Of a stretch of 64,000 nt of DNA, positions 52,311-63,286 are shown piece after piece. Origin of the DNA: Eubacteriales bacterium (GTDB taxonomy: Bacteria > Bacillota > Clostridia > Oscillospirales > CAG-272); the NCBI GenBank assembly GCA_045653805.1, contig JAZOMF010000075.1:1112-65111 (forward strand). Reading direction: 5' to 3'. Position 1 is the stretch's first letter. Every line of letters begins with the position of its first letter. The notes under the pieces are model-generated. The model saw only the letters and a list, made by a program, of their open reading frames with translations, made no database searches and was not told the DNA's origin. The position numbers were made by a program, and so were the translations under genes.

Positions 52311-54299
52311 ATGCCATATAAGATTTTTGAGCATGACCCCTGTCTTTTGCCCTTTGAAAAGGACATTGAGCTTCGCATGGCTAACTATGCCAAAAAGAGG
52401 GAAGAACTTGTAGGAAAAGGCGGCAATCTCCGCGATTTTGCTAACGGTCACGAATATTTCGGCTTCCATAAGACTGAAAAAGGATGGTATTATCGCGAGT
52501 GGGCACCTGCCGCAGACGAAGTATTTCTTACGGGAGACTTCACCGATTGGCGATGGTTTGACCATAAACTCACAAATCTCGGCAACGGTGTTTTCGAGGT
52601 GTTTATAGAGGGGGCAGATACCCTTTATAACGGCTGTCACGTCGCCTCAATAGTTCGAAACGGCGAAAAGCTACTTCAGAGAATACCGCTTTATATCCGT
52701 AGAGTTGAGCAAGACCCCACAAGCTTTGCTTGGTGCGGAGTTATCGTAGACGAGCCCGAATATAAGTGGAAAAAGAAAAGCTTCACCCCCAAAAAGGAGC
52801 TTTACGTTTACGAGTGTCATATCGGAATGGCGCAGGAAAAGGAAGGGCTTGGCACTTATAGAGAATTCAAGGATAATATCCTTCCGAGAATCAAGGAGCT
52901 TGGCTACAACACCATTCAGATAATGGCAATTATGGAGCATCCCTATTACGGCTCTTTCGGCTATCAGGTGTCCTCCTTCTTTGCTGCATCCTCAAAATTC
53001 GGCACCCCAAATGAGCTAAAAGAGCTTATCGACGCCGCTCACTCTATGGGAATTGCCGTGCTTCTTGATCTTGTTCATTCCCACGCGGTCAAAAACACCG
53101 CCGAGGGGATCAATGAGTTTGACGGCACCACATATCAGTTCTTCCATGAGGGAGAGCGAGGAGATCACCCCGCTTGGGGCACAAAGCTCTTTAATTATAA
53201 CAAAAACGAGGTCATTCATTTTCTCCTTTCCAACCTTAAATTCTGGCTGGACGAATACCGATTCGACGGCTTCCGTTTCGACGGCGTGACCTCTATGATA
53301 TACCACGATCACGGTCTTGGCGTTGCGTTTCCCGACTACTCTAAGTATTTCTCGCTGAACACCGACACCGAGGCTATCACATATCTCCAGCTTGCCAACG
53401 AGCTGATAAGGGAAGTCAACCCCAAGGCGATAACTATTGCCGAGGATATGTCGGCTATGCCCGGAATGTGCTTGCCCATCGAGGAGGGAGGAATCGGCTT
53501 TGACTACCGCCTTGCTATGGGCTCGCCCGATATGTGGATCAAGCTTCTCAAAAACGTTCCCGACGAGCATTGGGATATGTGGCAGATATGGTGTGAGCTG
53601 ACGAGCAGACGTCCTGCCGAAAAATATATCGGTTACTCCGAATCTCACGATCAGGCACTTGTAGGCGATAAGACTATAATGTTCCGTTTGTGCGACAGTA
53701 ACATGTACACCTCAATGTCCAAGTCCACTCCCGACCCCGTAATCGACAGAGGAATGGCTCTCCATAAGCTTATCCGCTTGGTTACAATGTCGCTTGGCGG
53801 CGAGGGATACCTCAACTTTATGGGCAACGAATTCGGTCATCCCGAATGGATAGATTTCCCCAGAGAGGGCAACGGCTGGAGTTATTTCTATTGTCGCCGA
53901 CAGTGGCATCTTGCCGATGATGGCACTTTAAAATACGGATATTTGCGCGAATTCGACAAGGAGCTTGTTTCCTTAACGAAAGACAATAAAATATTTAAGA
54001 AAAAAACAAAATGCCTCTTTGTCGGCAACGACGATAAGGTGCTGAACTACGAGCGCGGCGGACTTATCTTTGCGCTAAATCTCCATCCCACGAACAGTTA
54101 CGAGGGATATTGGATAAACGTACCCACCGTCGGAAAATACAAGGTAATTTTGTCAACTGACGACGAGAGCTTTGGCGGCTATGACCGCATTTCCAAGGAA
54201 TACGTCTACACCGCAGAGAAGCACCCCGACAAAAAAGCAAAATTGCGGATTTATCTCCCCGCAAGAACGGGAATCTGCTTGCAAAAGATCAAGGAATAA
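52311..54299 (+). CDS. glgB: 1,4-alpha-glucan branching enzyme (GH13)
   Basis: 662 aa with DLVHSH, DGFRFDGVTSM, AEDMS and ESHDQ catalytic-region motifs. Confidence 0.88.
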   Translation: MPYKIFEHDPCLLPFEKDIELRMANYAKKREELVGKGGNLRDFANGHEYFGFHKTEKGWYYREWAPAADEVFLTGDFTDWRWFDHKLTNLGNGVFEVFIEGADTLYNGCHVASIVRNGEKLLQRIPLYIRRVEQDPTSFAWCGVIVDEPEYKWKKKSFTPKKELYVYECHIGMAQEKEGLGTYREFKDNILPRIKELGYNTIQIMAIMEHPYYGSFGYQVSSFFAASSKFGTPNELKELIDAAHSMGIAVLLDLVHSHAVKNTAEGINEFDGTTYQFFHEGERGDHPAWGTKLFNYNKNEVIHFLLSNLKFWLDEYRFDGFRFDGVTSMIYHDHGLGVAFPDYSKYFSLNTDTEAITYLQLANELIREVNPKAITIAEDMSAMPGMCLPIEEGGIGFDYRLAMGSPDMWIKLLKNVPDEHWDMWQIWCELTSRRPAEKYIGYSESHDQALVGDKTIMFRLCDSNMYTSMSKSTPDPVIDRGMALHKLIRLVTMSLGGEGYLNFMGNEFGHPEWIDFPREGNGWSYFYCRRQWHLADDGTLKYGYLREFDKELVSLTKDNKIFKKKTKCLFVGNDDKVLNYERGGLIFALNLHPTNSYEGYWINVPTVGKYKVILSTDDESFGGYDRISKEYVYTAEKHPDKKAKLRIYLPARTGICLQKIKE

Positions 54300-54303
54300 G
54301 AAA

Positions 54304-55011
54304 ATGAAAATAACTACTGTTTTATTCGATCTCGACGGCACGCTTTTGCCTATGGAGCAAGATACCTTTATTGCCGCCTATTCGAGTGGTCTTGCAATGG
54401 CGATCTCCCCCTTTGGGTTTGATAAAGCTATGCTCGGCAAGGCTCTGTGGGCGGGAATAAGCGCCATGGTAAAAAATGATGGAGAAAGAACCAACGAAAA
54501 AGTGTTTAACGAGGCTTTTTCGGCGGTTATTGGTATGGACATAGCAAAATTGCAAAGTTTATTTGACGAATATTACGTCAACGAGTTTCACAAGGTCAAA
54601 AACGTCTGCGGATACAACGATAAAACAGCCCAAACCGTTCGCGAGATCAAAAATATGGGGTTTCGCGTGGCTCTTGCTACAAACCCATTCTTTCCATCAA
54701 CCGCTACCGAGCAGAGAATAGGCTGGACGGGTCTCACCCCCTCGGATTTTGAGATTTTCACCACATTTGAGGATTCTCATTTCTGCAAGCCCAATCTCGA
54801 TTATTACCGCGAGGTAATGGCAAAGCTGGGTGTTTCTCCCGGGGAGTGCCTAATGGTAGGAAATGACGTGGGCGAGGATATGATTGCCGAAGCTCTCGGT
54901 TGCAAGGTGTTTTTGCTTACAGAATGCATTATAAATAAATCAAACAAGGACATTTCGGTCTATCCTCACGGAGATCTTGATGATCTTTTGGCTTTCGTTA
55001 AAGAGCTTTGA
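54304..55011 (+). CDS. HAD-family hydrolase
   Basis: Start at MKITTVLFDLDGTLLP (DxDGT motif). The track start at 54172 is rejected. Confidence 0.75.
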   Translation: MKITTVLFDLDGTLLPMEQDTFIAAYSSGLAMAISPFGFDKAMLGKALWAGISAMVKNDGERTNEKVFNEAFSAVIGMDIAKLQSLFDEYYVNEFHKVKNVCGYNDKTAQTVREIKNMGFRVALATNPFFPSTATEQRIGWTGLTPSDFEIFTTFEDSHFCKPNLDYYREVMAKLGVSPGECLMVGNDVGEDMIAEALGCKVFLLTECIINKSNKDISVYPHGDLDDLLAFVKEL

Positions 55012-55026
55012 ATTATAACTGAAAAT

Positions 55027-55060
55027 CGAAAACCACGGTGCAAAGGCACCGTGGTTTTCG
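55027..55060. terminator. bidirectional terminator
   Basis: cgaaaaccacggtgc-aaag-gcaccgtggttttcg. Confidence 0.8.
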
Positions 55061-55075
55061 TTATAAATTATCAAA

Positions 55076-57013
55076 TTAAAGTTCTGCCTTGATCTCTGCG
55101 ATCTCATCAAGCCAAATCGCGCTTGTTGCATCGGAGGGCATCTTGAAATCGTTGTAGGAAAGTCCAACCGAGCCGACCTTGGGGCCGTCGGGCATGCAAG
55201 AACGCTTGAACTGCTGTGCGAAGAAACGGCGAGCAAATACCTCAAGCCACTTGATAAGGGTAGCATCGTCGTAAACTCCGTTAAAAGCTATCTTTGCAAG
55301 TCTGAATATCTTCTTGAGCGAATATCCGTATCTTACGAAATTGAAGATATAGAAATCGTGAAGCTCGTAAGGGCCAACCAAGTCTTCAGTCACCTGCGCG
55401 ATCTCTCCGTTGTCCTTTGCGGGAAGAAGCTCGGGAGACACGGGAGTGTCGAGAATATCGTAAAGGGAAGTAGCAAGCGCATCCTCTCCCTTTGCCTTTG
55501 CACTATCGGCACAATGTCTTACAACATGTCTGATAAGTGTCTTGGGGAGCGAGCTGTTAACACCGTACATAGACATGTGGTCTCCGTTGTAGGTAGCCCA
55601 ACCAAGCGCAAGCTCGGAAAGGTCACCCGTACCGACTACGATACCACCCTCGGCATTGGCGATGTCCATAAGCACCTGGGTACGCTCTCTAGCTTGTGCA
55701 TTTTCGTAAACCACGTTGTGGTTGTTCATATCGTGTCCAATGTCCTTAAAATGCTGCTCTACTGCGGCAAAAATGTTTACCTCTCGGAAATCTACGCCTA
55801 AAGCCTCGCAAAGCACGGTAGCGTTATTTTTAGTTCTTCCGGTAGTGCCGAAGCAGGGCATAGTTACCGCAATTATATCCTTGCGGTCGCGTCCAAGGTA
55901 GTCCATAGCACGAGCCATAACCAAAATAGCAAGGCAGGAATCAAGTCCGCCCGAAATACCCACAACCGCTTTCTTGGCATAAGAAGCCTCTATTCTGCGA
56001 GCAAGACCCAAGGACTGAATATCCAGTATTCTCTCGCATCTTGCCGCTTTCTCGGGGCTTTCCGCGGGAACGAAGGGATGGGGCTCTACACTTCGTGTGA
56101 GAACTGTATCACATACCTCAAGATCAAATTCAATCTCGGAGAATTCCATTCCAAAGGTGTCCTTGGTAAATGTGTTCTTAATGCGTCTTTCACGGGATAC
56201 GTTATGGAGGTCAACCTCGCTGATAACGAGGTCTCCGTCACCAAAGGGCTTTCTCTCCGCCAACAGTCTACCGCACTCAACAACCATGGCGTGACCGCCG
56301 AAAACTATGCAGGAGGTAGACTCGCCAAGTCCCGCACCTGAATAGATATAAGCCGAAAGTGTACGAGTGGACTGAGCGCATACCATCATTCTGCGGTATT
56401 CTTCTTTGCCAACTGTTTCGCCAGAAGCCGCAGGATTAACAATTATAGTAGCACCTGCTGCTGCAAGCACGCTGGAGGGGGCAGCCGCAACAAGCAAATC
56501 CTCACAGATCTCAATACCGAGGCGGAGCATAGGCATCTGACGGCAAACGAACATCTGCTTAAGACCAAGCATTACCACGCTATCGTCAAATACATATGCA
56601 AAATTATCATCGGGAGCAGATGCGAATATTCTTGCCTCATAAGCCTCAAGATAAGTGGGAAGATTTTTCTTGGGAACCAGACCGAGGAGCTGACCGCCCG
56701 AAACTACTGCGGCACAGTTATAGATCTTATCGCTAAAGGAGATAGGCAGACCGATAACGCTGACCATATCGAGCATAGCGGTAGCATAAATATACTCGCG
56801 AAGGGCATTAAGCGCACCGTCAAGCAGAGTGTCGGTACTGAAAAGGTCTCCGCAGGAGTATCCCGTAAGAGCAAGCTCAGGGAAAACAAGCACCTTGACA
56901 CCTGCCTCGCTTGCCTTTTGTGCAAGAGAAATACAAGATTCGCAATTAAATTTAGTATTAGCCACCTTAACCGCAGGAACTGCAGCGGCAACCTTAATAA
57001 AACCGTCTTTCAT
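55076..57013 (-). CDS. nadE: glutamine-dependent NAD+ synthetase
   Basis: 645 aa with an N-terminal CN-hydrolase domain (FPELALTGY) and a C-terminal SGGLDS PP-loop. Confidence 0.9.
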   Translation of the reverse strand: MKDGFIKVAAAVPAVKVANTKFNCESCISLAQKASEAGVKVLVFPELALTGYSCGDLFSTDTLLDGALNALREYIYATAMLDMVSVIGLPISFSDKIYNCAAVVSGGQLLGLVPKKNLPTYLEAYEARIFASAPDDNFAYVFDDSVVMLGLKQMFVCRQMPMLRLGIEICEDLLVAAAPSSVLAAAGATIIVNPAASGETVGKEEYRRMMVCAQSTRTLSAYIYSGAGLGESTSCIVFGGHAMVVECGRLLAERKPFGDGDLVISEVDLHNVSRERRIKNTFTKDTFGMEFSEIEFDLEVCDTVLTRSVEPHPFVPAESPEKAARCERILDIQSLGLARRIEASYAKKAVVGISGGLDSCLAILVMARAMDYLGRDRKDIIAVTMPCFGTTGRTKNNATVLCEALGVDFREVNIFAAVEQHFKDIGHDMNNHNVVYENAQARERTQVLMDIANAEGGIVVGTGDLSELALGWATYNGDHMSMYGVNSSLPKTLIRHVVRHCADSAKAKGEDALATSLYDILDTPVSPELLPAKDNGEIAQVTEDLVGPYELHDFYIFNFVRYGYSLKKIFRLAKIAFNGVYDDATLIKWLEVFARRFFAQQFKRSCMPDGPKVGSVGLSYNDFKMPSDATSAIWLDEIAEIKAEL

Positions 57014-57147
57014 ATTAAATGACCGTTCCTTATTAAATAGTTATATAATCATAATAACACAAAAAATGAAATTTTACAATAGGATAATGCAATTTTTTTT
57101 TGCAAATAAATATCCCGAGAGTTTTTGACTCTCGGGATATTTATTTA

Positions 57148-58869
57148 TTACTTAACAAGCTGTCTCTTGATCTTTTTTGTAGTAGTCTTCTCAAACTCTG
57201 TTCTTCTGATCTCAACCGCCTTGATCTGCTTAAAGGTGGGGAGCTTCTTGTTAGTAGCATTGATCTCTTTTCTGATAGTGTCCTTTATGGTCTTTTCATC
57301 CGCATCATTGGGGAACTTGCTGTAATCGGGATAAACTACCGCAGTGAGAATAATCTCATCGCTACCTTCATTCTTTCTACCTACAACACAACACTCGCTG
57401 ATGGTCTCAATAGCGTCGAGATACTCCTCGATCTCCTCGGGGAATACGTTCTTTCCGTTTTCAAGCACGATAACGAATTTAATTCTACCTGTGATGTAGA
57501 TGTACTTGTCGCTATCCATATAACCAATGTCGCCTGTGCGGAACCAACCGTCGTTAGTGAACACCTCGGCATTAGCCTCGGGATTATTATAGTAACCGAT
57601 CATAACGTTGTCGCCCTTGACCTGGATCTCGCCCATGGGATAACCATCGTCGGTAACCTCACCATTGGGAGCGATACGAACTCTACAGCTGGGAACAGCA
57701 GGGCCAATAGCGCCAAGCTTTCTTGCATAATAGGGAGTTACAGAAACGAGAGGGGAGCATTCGGTAATACCAAAACCCTCAAATACGGAGATTCCGAAGT
57801 CCTCAAATCCAACTATAAGTTCGGGATTAAGCTTTGCACCGCCGCAGATGATGTGGTCAAGTCTGCCACCGAAGGAATCGAGAACCGACTTAAAGAGCGT
57901 TCTTCTCATATCAACGCCAACCTTCATCATGCCTCTTGAGGTTGCGATAGCCGCCTTAAGGGTCTTTGCCTTACCGGTTCTTTCTGCCTCGGACCAGATC
58001 TTCTTATACATAGTGTTAAGGAACATAGGCACGAGCACCAGACCGGTGGGCTTGAAGAGCTGGAAGTTACGGAGAACGTGACGGAGAGAGTCATTTATAC
58101 AGGTAGTAACACCGTATACGAGCTCTGCCAGCAGGCACATAAGCTCGTAGGTGTGATGAACGGGAAGAACCGATACGATAACGTCATCAGGTGTAAAGCA
58201 AACTGTTTCGACTGCAGAGTTGACTGCCGCAAAAATATTCTTTTGAGAGAGCATTACGCACTTGCTGGTGCCCGTGGTACCGGAGGTGAAGAGCATTTCA
58301 CACATTTCATCGCGGCTCTTTACCATTCCGATCGTGTATCCTTCGTCTATATGAGCCTGACCTATCTCGAGGAAATTTGCGAAGGGAAGGATCTTATCAG
58401 AGAAGGACGCATCATAGTCTGCGCTGATGGGAATAAAGCGCTTGAGTGTGGGGTGAGAACCTATAGTGGTAACGAATTTCTCATTGAACGACTTGGAGTA
58501 AACTATTGCCTCAGCCTCAACCATTTCGAGGAACTTTTCAATTTCGGTAAGTGCCAGCTCCTTATCCATAGGGATAATTACCGCACCGGATGCCAAAGCA
58601 CCCATATAAGTGCAGAGCCACTGGGGAGAGGTATCACCGATAACTGCAACTCTTTTACCTGCAAAGCCAAGCTTATCAAATGCGGCTGCAACTTGATTAG
58701 CCATAGCATGAACCTCGAAATAGGTCATTTCCTTGACCTGACCCTGCTCAAAATACTTATAGCAGACCTTATCACCATGCTCCTCTATGCATTCAAGAAG
58801 GTCATTTATGTCCCAGATTCGAGGAAAATTCTTTGTAAGTCTTTTTCTGTTGGGAAGCTTAGTAGCCAT
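57148..58869 (-). CDS. AMP-dependent long-chain acyl-CoA synthetase/ligase
   Basis: Start at MATKLPN (AAAGGA RBS). TSGTTGTSK AMP-binding motif. Confidence 0.8.
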   Translation of the reverse strand: MATKLPNRKRLTKNFPRIWDINDLLECIEEHGDKVCYKYFEQGQVKEMTYFEVHAMANQVAAAFDKLGFAGKRVAVIGDTSPQWLCTYMGALASGAVIIPMDKELALTEIEKFLEMVEAEAIVYSKSFNEKFVTTIGSHPTLKRFIPISADYDASFSDKILPFANFLEIGQAHIDEGYTIGMVKSRDEMCEMLFTSGTTGTSKCVMLSQKNIFAAVNSAVETVCFTPDDVIVSVLPVHHTYELMCLLAELVYGVTTCINDSLRHVLRNFQLFKPTGLVLVPMFLNTMYKKIWSEAERTGKAKTLKAAIATSRGMMKVGVDMRRTLFKSVLDSFGGRLDHIICGGAKLNPELIVGFEDFGISVFEGFGITECSPLVSVTPYYARKLGAIGPAVPSCRVRIAPNGEVTDDGYPMGEIQVKGDNVMIGYYNNPEANAEVFTNDGWFRTGDIGYMDSDKYIYITGRIKFVIVLENGKNVFPEEIEEYLDAIETISECCVVGRKNEGSDEIILTAVVYPDYSKFPNDADEKTIKDTIRKEINATNKKLPTFKQIKAVEIRRTEFEKTTTKKIKRQLVK

Positions 58870-58927
58870 TTTTAAAAATCCTTTCAAAACATATAAATTA
58901 CGGGGTTCGCAATTATGAAACAATACA

Positions 58928-59374
58928 TTAGTTTTCAAGAGCAAGGGAATCGGCGGATTCATTCAATGCCAGAAGCACCTTGAAAAAGCCCTTCATATCT
59001 ATCTCACTGATCTTTGTTCCGATGAGCGAAAAATATTTTTCGAAAAGCTGCTTTGTCTCTTTTATAACTTCCTTACCCTTTTCAGTAAGAATGTATTTAA
59101 CCTTATATTTTCTACCGTCATCAAACTTTTCGTTTGTCTTTATAAAACCACCCTTGATAAGGTCGGATGTCGTGCGGGAAATAAAGGCTCTGTCCACACC
59201 GCTGTCCTTGGAAAGCTCGGTAGGAGTCAACCCATCGGGGGCAAGATCTATGCGCATAAGACAGTTGAAGTGAGCGGATTTGATGCCGAATTCTGATATT
59301 TTTTCGCTTTTGATCTTGTTTACATATTTGATAAGATTCTCAAGCGAAAGCACTATTGCAGAAAAATTTTCCAT
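58928..59374 (-). CDS. MarR-family transcriptional regulator
   Basis: Start at MENFSAI (GAGGT RBS). Winged-HTH TPTELSKDSGVDRAFISRTTSDLIKGGFI. It lies upstream of the ligase gene. Confidence 0.75.
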   Translation of the reverse strand: MENFSAIVLSLENLIKYVNKIKSEKISEFGIKSAHFNCLMRIDLAPDGLTPTELSKDSGVDRAFISRTTSDLIKGGFIKTNEKFDDGRKYKVKYILTEKGKEVIKETKQLFEKYFSLIGTKISEIDMKGFFKVLLALNESADSLALEN

Positions 59375-59586
59375 AGTTTCTACCTCAAAAATATGTTGCA
59401 AACACAAAAATACAATTATATTATATAATGTTTCCGACTTTTTGTCAACTAAACAACTTCTCTTTAACAGTTTATTTACAAACTCCATATTACAATTCAT
59501 AAAAATTAATCGACACTAAATGTCTATTATTTTACAACAGTTAAACAAAAAAACGGATACTCATATTTTTCTTGAATATCCGTTTT

Positions 59587-60456
59587 TTATTTGTTTATCA
59601 AGGCTTTTGCCAATTTAGTGTATTTTTCCAGCATGCGTTTGTCACCGCTATCATACTTATTGCCCAGCATTATCCACTCGCAATATTCATACAGTAAAAA
59701 CATATCAAGTGAGCGTCGGTATTCGTTATATGAGATGCCTTTTACGCCGACAAATTTTTCGTAATAATAGTAGATTGCGAACTTCTTATCGTCCTCGCCC
59801 ATATAAAAGAACGCGTCTTCGGTTTCCTCACAGTGGGCAATAAGCCTCGCTATAGGCGTGGGATAGGGAAGTATTCCGCCATATTCCCAATCTATGAGGG
59901 TTGCGTCATTATCCGAAACAAGCACGTTAAATGGCAACAGGTCATCGTGGCACAAAGTACGAGGCAGACGGCGATACTCCTCTAAAAAATTGGAATACGC
60001 AGCTTCAATTTCGTCATCAAAAAGATGTTCTCCACGGCGGATTCTGCCTTCAAGACTTTTCTCAAAAGAAAAACCACAATTTTCTCGGATTTTATCTTCC
60101 CAATACTTATTTTGAAGCGAAATAATAGCATCAATGGCTTTTTTCAAGCCATCCCGGGTGCATTTGCAAAGATCAACCCCCTCAACGTACTCCATAAGGA
60201 AGTAATCGTCACCTTGATAGTTGACCGCCGAGTAAAATCTCGGCGCACCCGAAGCTATATCGGAAAAGAAGGCGGAATAGGTTTCGATTTCAAAGCCTTT
60301 TGCCTTTTTCAGTACAAATTTTTGATCTCCGCAGCGCACAAGCCAAACGCTGTATTCACTTCCGTCCTCGACACTTGTAAAAGGTGAGATTTCTATATCC
60401 GACAATGAAAAAGGGAGCTTCATAGCCTCAAGTATTTCAATTATTGCCTTATCCAT
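59587..60456 (-). CDS. phosphotransferase (APH/choline-kinase family)
   Basis: 289 aa with the kinase catalytic loop LCHDDLLPFNVLV and IDWEYGG. Confidence 0.7.
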   Translation of the reverse strand: MDKAIIEILEAMKLPFSLSDIEISPFTSVEDGSEYSVWLVRCGDQKFVLKKAKGFEIETYSAFFSDIASGAPRFYSAVNYQGDDYFLMEYVEGVDLCKCTRDGLKKAIDAIISLQNKYWEDKIRENCGFSFEKSLEGRIRRGEHLFDDEIEAAYSNFLEEYRRLPRTLCHDDLLPFNVLVSDNDATLIDWEYGGILPYPTPIARLIAHCEETEDAFFYMGEDDKKFAIYYYYEKFVGVKGISYNEYRRSLDMFLLYEYCEWIMLGNKYDSGDKRMLEKYTKLAKALINK

Positions 60457-60466
60457 AAAGCCTCGC

Positions 60467-62236
60467 TTATTTCTTTCTCATTCTCTTGATCTTTTCCTCG
60501 TCAGGAGTGACGAAAGCAGACCAATTATTGTGGTAGATAACAAAACCCGGCTTTGCTCCGGAAACCTTCTTAACGCCACGTGCGAAAAGGTAGTCAACCT
60601 CAACGCTCGACTTACCCTTCGCCTTTGAGAAATATGCGGCGATCTCGCAAGCATCGGTAAAGTCTTCGGCAGGCGGCTCCTCACCGTTGGTTATCATCAA
60701 CACGTGAGAGCCAGCCATATTCTTGGCGTGGAACCAATAGTCGTGTCGCTCGGCTAACTTGTGGGTGATATACTCATTCTGATAGTTATTCTTTCCGCAA
60801 AGCACTCGATAGCCGTTGGTGGTAATAAACTCGGCAATCACGGGCGCTATCTGCTTTTTGGGAGCGGAGTAGCCCTTCATTTTAGATGCATAACCGCTTC
60901 TGTAAAGCTCATCACGAATCTCGGTCAAGTCAGCAGCAGTCTCGGCTTTTGCAAGGGCATCGAACACCGAATAGATGTATTCAAGCTCCTGTCTTGCAAT
61001 TTGAAGCTGACGGGCAAGCTCCACCTTTGCGGTCTTGCTCTTGTTATACAACTTATAGTATCTTTGGGCGTTAGCGGCAGGGGAAAGTCGCTCGTCAAGA
61101 GTGATGACGGTGGTATCGAAATCCTGCTTTTCTTCGTTCCAGCTCTCGTAATCTACAAGCTCAACCGACTTGTCGCCGCGCTTCAATTTATAAAGATTAG
61201 CGGTGATAAGATCGCCGTAAGATTTATATTTTTCACCCTTTTCGCAATCTGCAAGCTCGCCCTCCTGGGCTTCAATCTTCTTAGTCAAACGAGATTCCGC
61301 ATTGGCAAGCAGACGCAGAATATCCGCCGCCCTCTGCTTAACTCTTATCTCTCGGTCGCGGCTCGCAAAATAGAGGTCAAGGGCCTCCGAGGGACTTTCA
61401 AAAGTCTTATAGTCAAAGCCTTCCCCGTAGTAATCAAGGGAAACAAAGGAATACTCAATAGGCATGCCGTTTTCCACTATTACGGTGGGCGCAAACACAC
61501 CGTTAGATATATCCTCAAAGACTGCAGAGAAAACCCTATAAAGTTGCTCACAACCAATAGCGCACACGGTGGAATCGTGTCTGCCGGATGCACGGAAGGC
61601 AATCTCGCGCGCCACACTTGTAGCAATCCCGAGATACGAAGAGGTAATAAATTTATCTGCGCTGCGCTCCTCGGGAAAGCTTTTGTAAGCAGCAGAGAAC
61701 TCCTCAAAAGTCGTCTTTGTAGGATCAAGCTTTTCCTGCGCAGGGGGAAGCTCATATGTCATGCCGGGCAGTACTTGACGGAGACTGCTGGTAGTAAAAT
61801 CCACAGTTTTCAGCGCCGCAATAACCTTCATTCGCTCATCGCAGAAAATTAGGTTGGAATACTTGCCCATAATCTCTGCAACCAGATACTTCTTGCAATC
61901 AAAGCCCATCTCGTCGCGAGTATCAAAGCTCAGCTTGACAACGCGCTCAAACCCAGCCTGCTCAATGTCCGAAAGAGACGCACCCGTCAGATGTTTGCGC
62001 AGAAGCATGCAAAACATCGGCGCCTGCATGGGATTTTCTCTCTGAGCCGCCGTAAAACCGATTCGGGGACAGTTGCTTCCCGCGTTGATAAGCAATCGCT
62101 TGCCGCCCGCCAGAGTTCTCATCTGAAGAATTATCTCATCTCGCTCGGGTTGATATATTTTCTCAATTCTGCCGCCCTGCGCCACAGTTTTAAGCTCGTG
62201 AACAACGCACGATAGCATACCTGCATCAAATGCCAT
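60467..62236 (-). CDS. rqcH: ribosome quality-control NFACT protein RqcH (FbpA/Rqc2 homolog)
   Basis: Start at MAFDAGML. It has an N-terminal NFACT-N domain, a coiled coil, and a C-terminal NFACT-R-like FHAKNMAGSHV motif. Confidence 0.85.
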   Translation of the reverse strand: MAFDAGMLSCVVHELKTVAQGGRIEKIYQPERDEIILQMRTLAGGKRLLINAGSNCPRIGFTAAQRENPMQAPMFCMLLRKHLTGASLSDIEQAGFERVVKLSFDTRDEMGFDCKKYLVAEIMGKYSNLIFCDERMKVIAALKTVDFTTSSLRQVLPGMTYELPPAQEKLDPTKTTFEEFSAAYKSFPEERSADKFITSSYLGIATSVAREIAFRASGRHDSTVCAIGCEQLYRVFSAVFEDISNGVFAPTVIVENGMPIEYSFVSLDYYGEGFDYKTFESPSEALDLYFASRDREIRVKQRAADILRLLANAESRLTKKIEAQEGELADCEKGEKYKSYGDLITANLYKLKRGDKSVELVDYESWNEEKQDFDTTVITLDERLSPAANAQRYYKLYNKSKTAKVELARQLQIARQELEYIYSVFDALAKAETAADLTEIRDELYRSGYASKMKGYSAPKKQIAPVIAEFITTNGYRVLCGKNNYQNEYITHKLAERHDYWFHAKNMAGSHVLMITNGEEPPAEDFTDACEIAAYFSKAKGKSSVEVDYLFARGVKKVSGAKPGFVIYHNNWSAFVTPDEEKIKRMRKK

Positions 62237-62394
62237 AAAATACCTTTCATTAGCGCCAACAGACGCATTAAAATTTTTTTCAAATAATATTATAACATCA
62301 TATTGATTTTTTTGCAAGATAGTGATATAATAAAATTGTAAAATAATGATTTTTTTCCTAAAAGCGGCAAATTTCCGCAGAAAGGAGACAAAAA

Positions 62395-63264
62395 ATGGCA
62401 AATTTTAGTAAAAAAATTCAAAATGTTATAGGTATAGACGTCGGTGGTAGCACCACAAAGATCGTGGGCTTTAAAACAGATGAAAACGGCAAAAGCGAGC
62501 TTATCTCGCCATTTCTGGTCCGCGCCACCGATCCCTTGACCTCCATCTACGGAGCATTTGGCAAGTTCACCGCAGAAAATAACCTATCTCTTGATGACAT
62601 AGACCGTATTATGGTCACGGGCGTTGGTGCAACTCATATGCAAAAGCCTATATATTCAGTAGATTGTCATACCGTTCCCGAATTTTCAGCGGCGGCTCTT
62701 GGCGGTCTTTACCTCTCCGGTCTTGACGAAGCAATCATCGTAAGCATGGGTACGGGTACGGCTCTCATTCACGCCAAGAAAGAGGGAAGCAAGACCCATA
62801 TTAATTACCTTGGTGGCACCGGTGTGGGTGGAGGAACCCTTCTCGGTCTTACCAAGAAGCTGACCGGAATTGACACCATTGAGCATATCGAAGAAATATG
62901 CCGTGGTGGAGACATTCACAAAGTCAACCTCTTGGTTGGTGACATTTCAAAGAACGCCAAGTTCACAGGTGTCAATGAAAACCTCACAGCGTCCAACTTT
63001 GGAAAGGTGTCCGACATGGCAAGCAACAGCGACATCGCCTTAGGTGTTTGCAATATGGTTGCCGAGACCATCGCCATGATGGCGGTGTTTACCGCAAGAG
63101 GTCACGGACTCACCAACGTAGTTCTTATCGGAAATCTCACTAATATCAAGCCTGTCCGCGATGTATTTGCTGATCTGGATTCCTTCGGCATTAACTTCAT
63201 CATTCCCGAAAATGCAAGCTTTGGCACTGTTGTCGGAGCGGCACTTTATGACAAAGATGCTTGA
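62395..63264 (+). CDS. coaW: type II pantothenate kinase-like ASKHA ATPase
   Basis: 289 aa with GIDVGGSTTKIVG and GGTGVGGGTLLGL motifs. Confidence 0.65.
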   Translation: MANFSKKIQNVIGIDVGGSTTKIVGFKTDENGKSELISPFLVRATDPLTSIYGAFGKFTAENNLSLDDIDRIMVTGVGATHMQKPIYSVDCHTVPEFSAAALGGLYLSGLDEAIIVSMGTGTALIHAKKEGSKTHINYLGGTGVGGGTLLGLTKKLTGIDTIEHIEEICRGGDIHKVNLLVGDISKNAKFTGVNENLTASNFGKVSDMASNSDIALGVCNMVAETIAMMAVFTARGHGLTNVVLIGNLTNIKPVRDVFADLDSFGINFIIPENASFGTVVGAALYDKDA

Positions 63265-63286
63265 TAACATAAATTAAGGAGAAAAA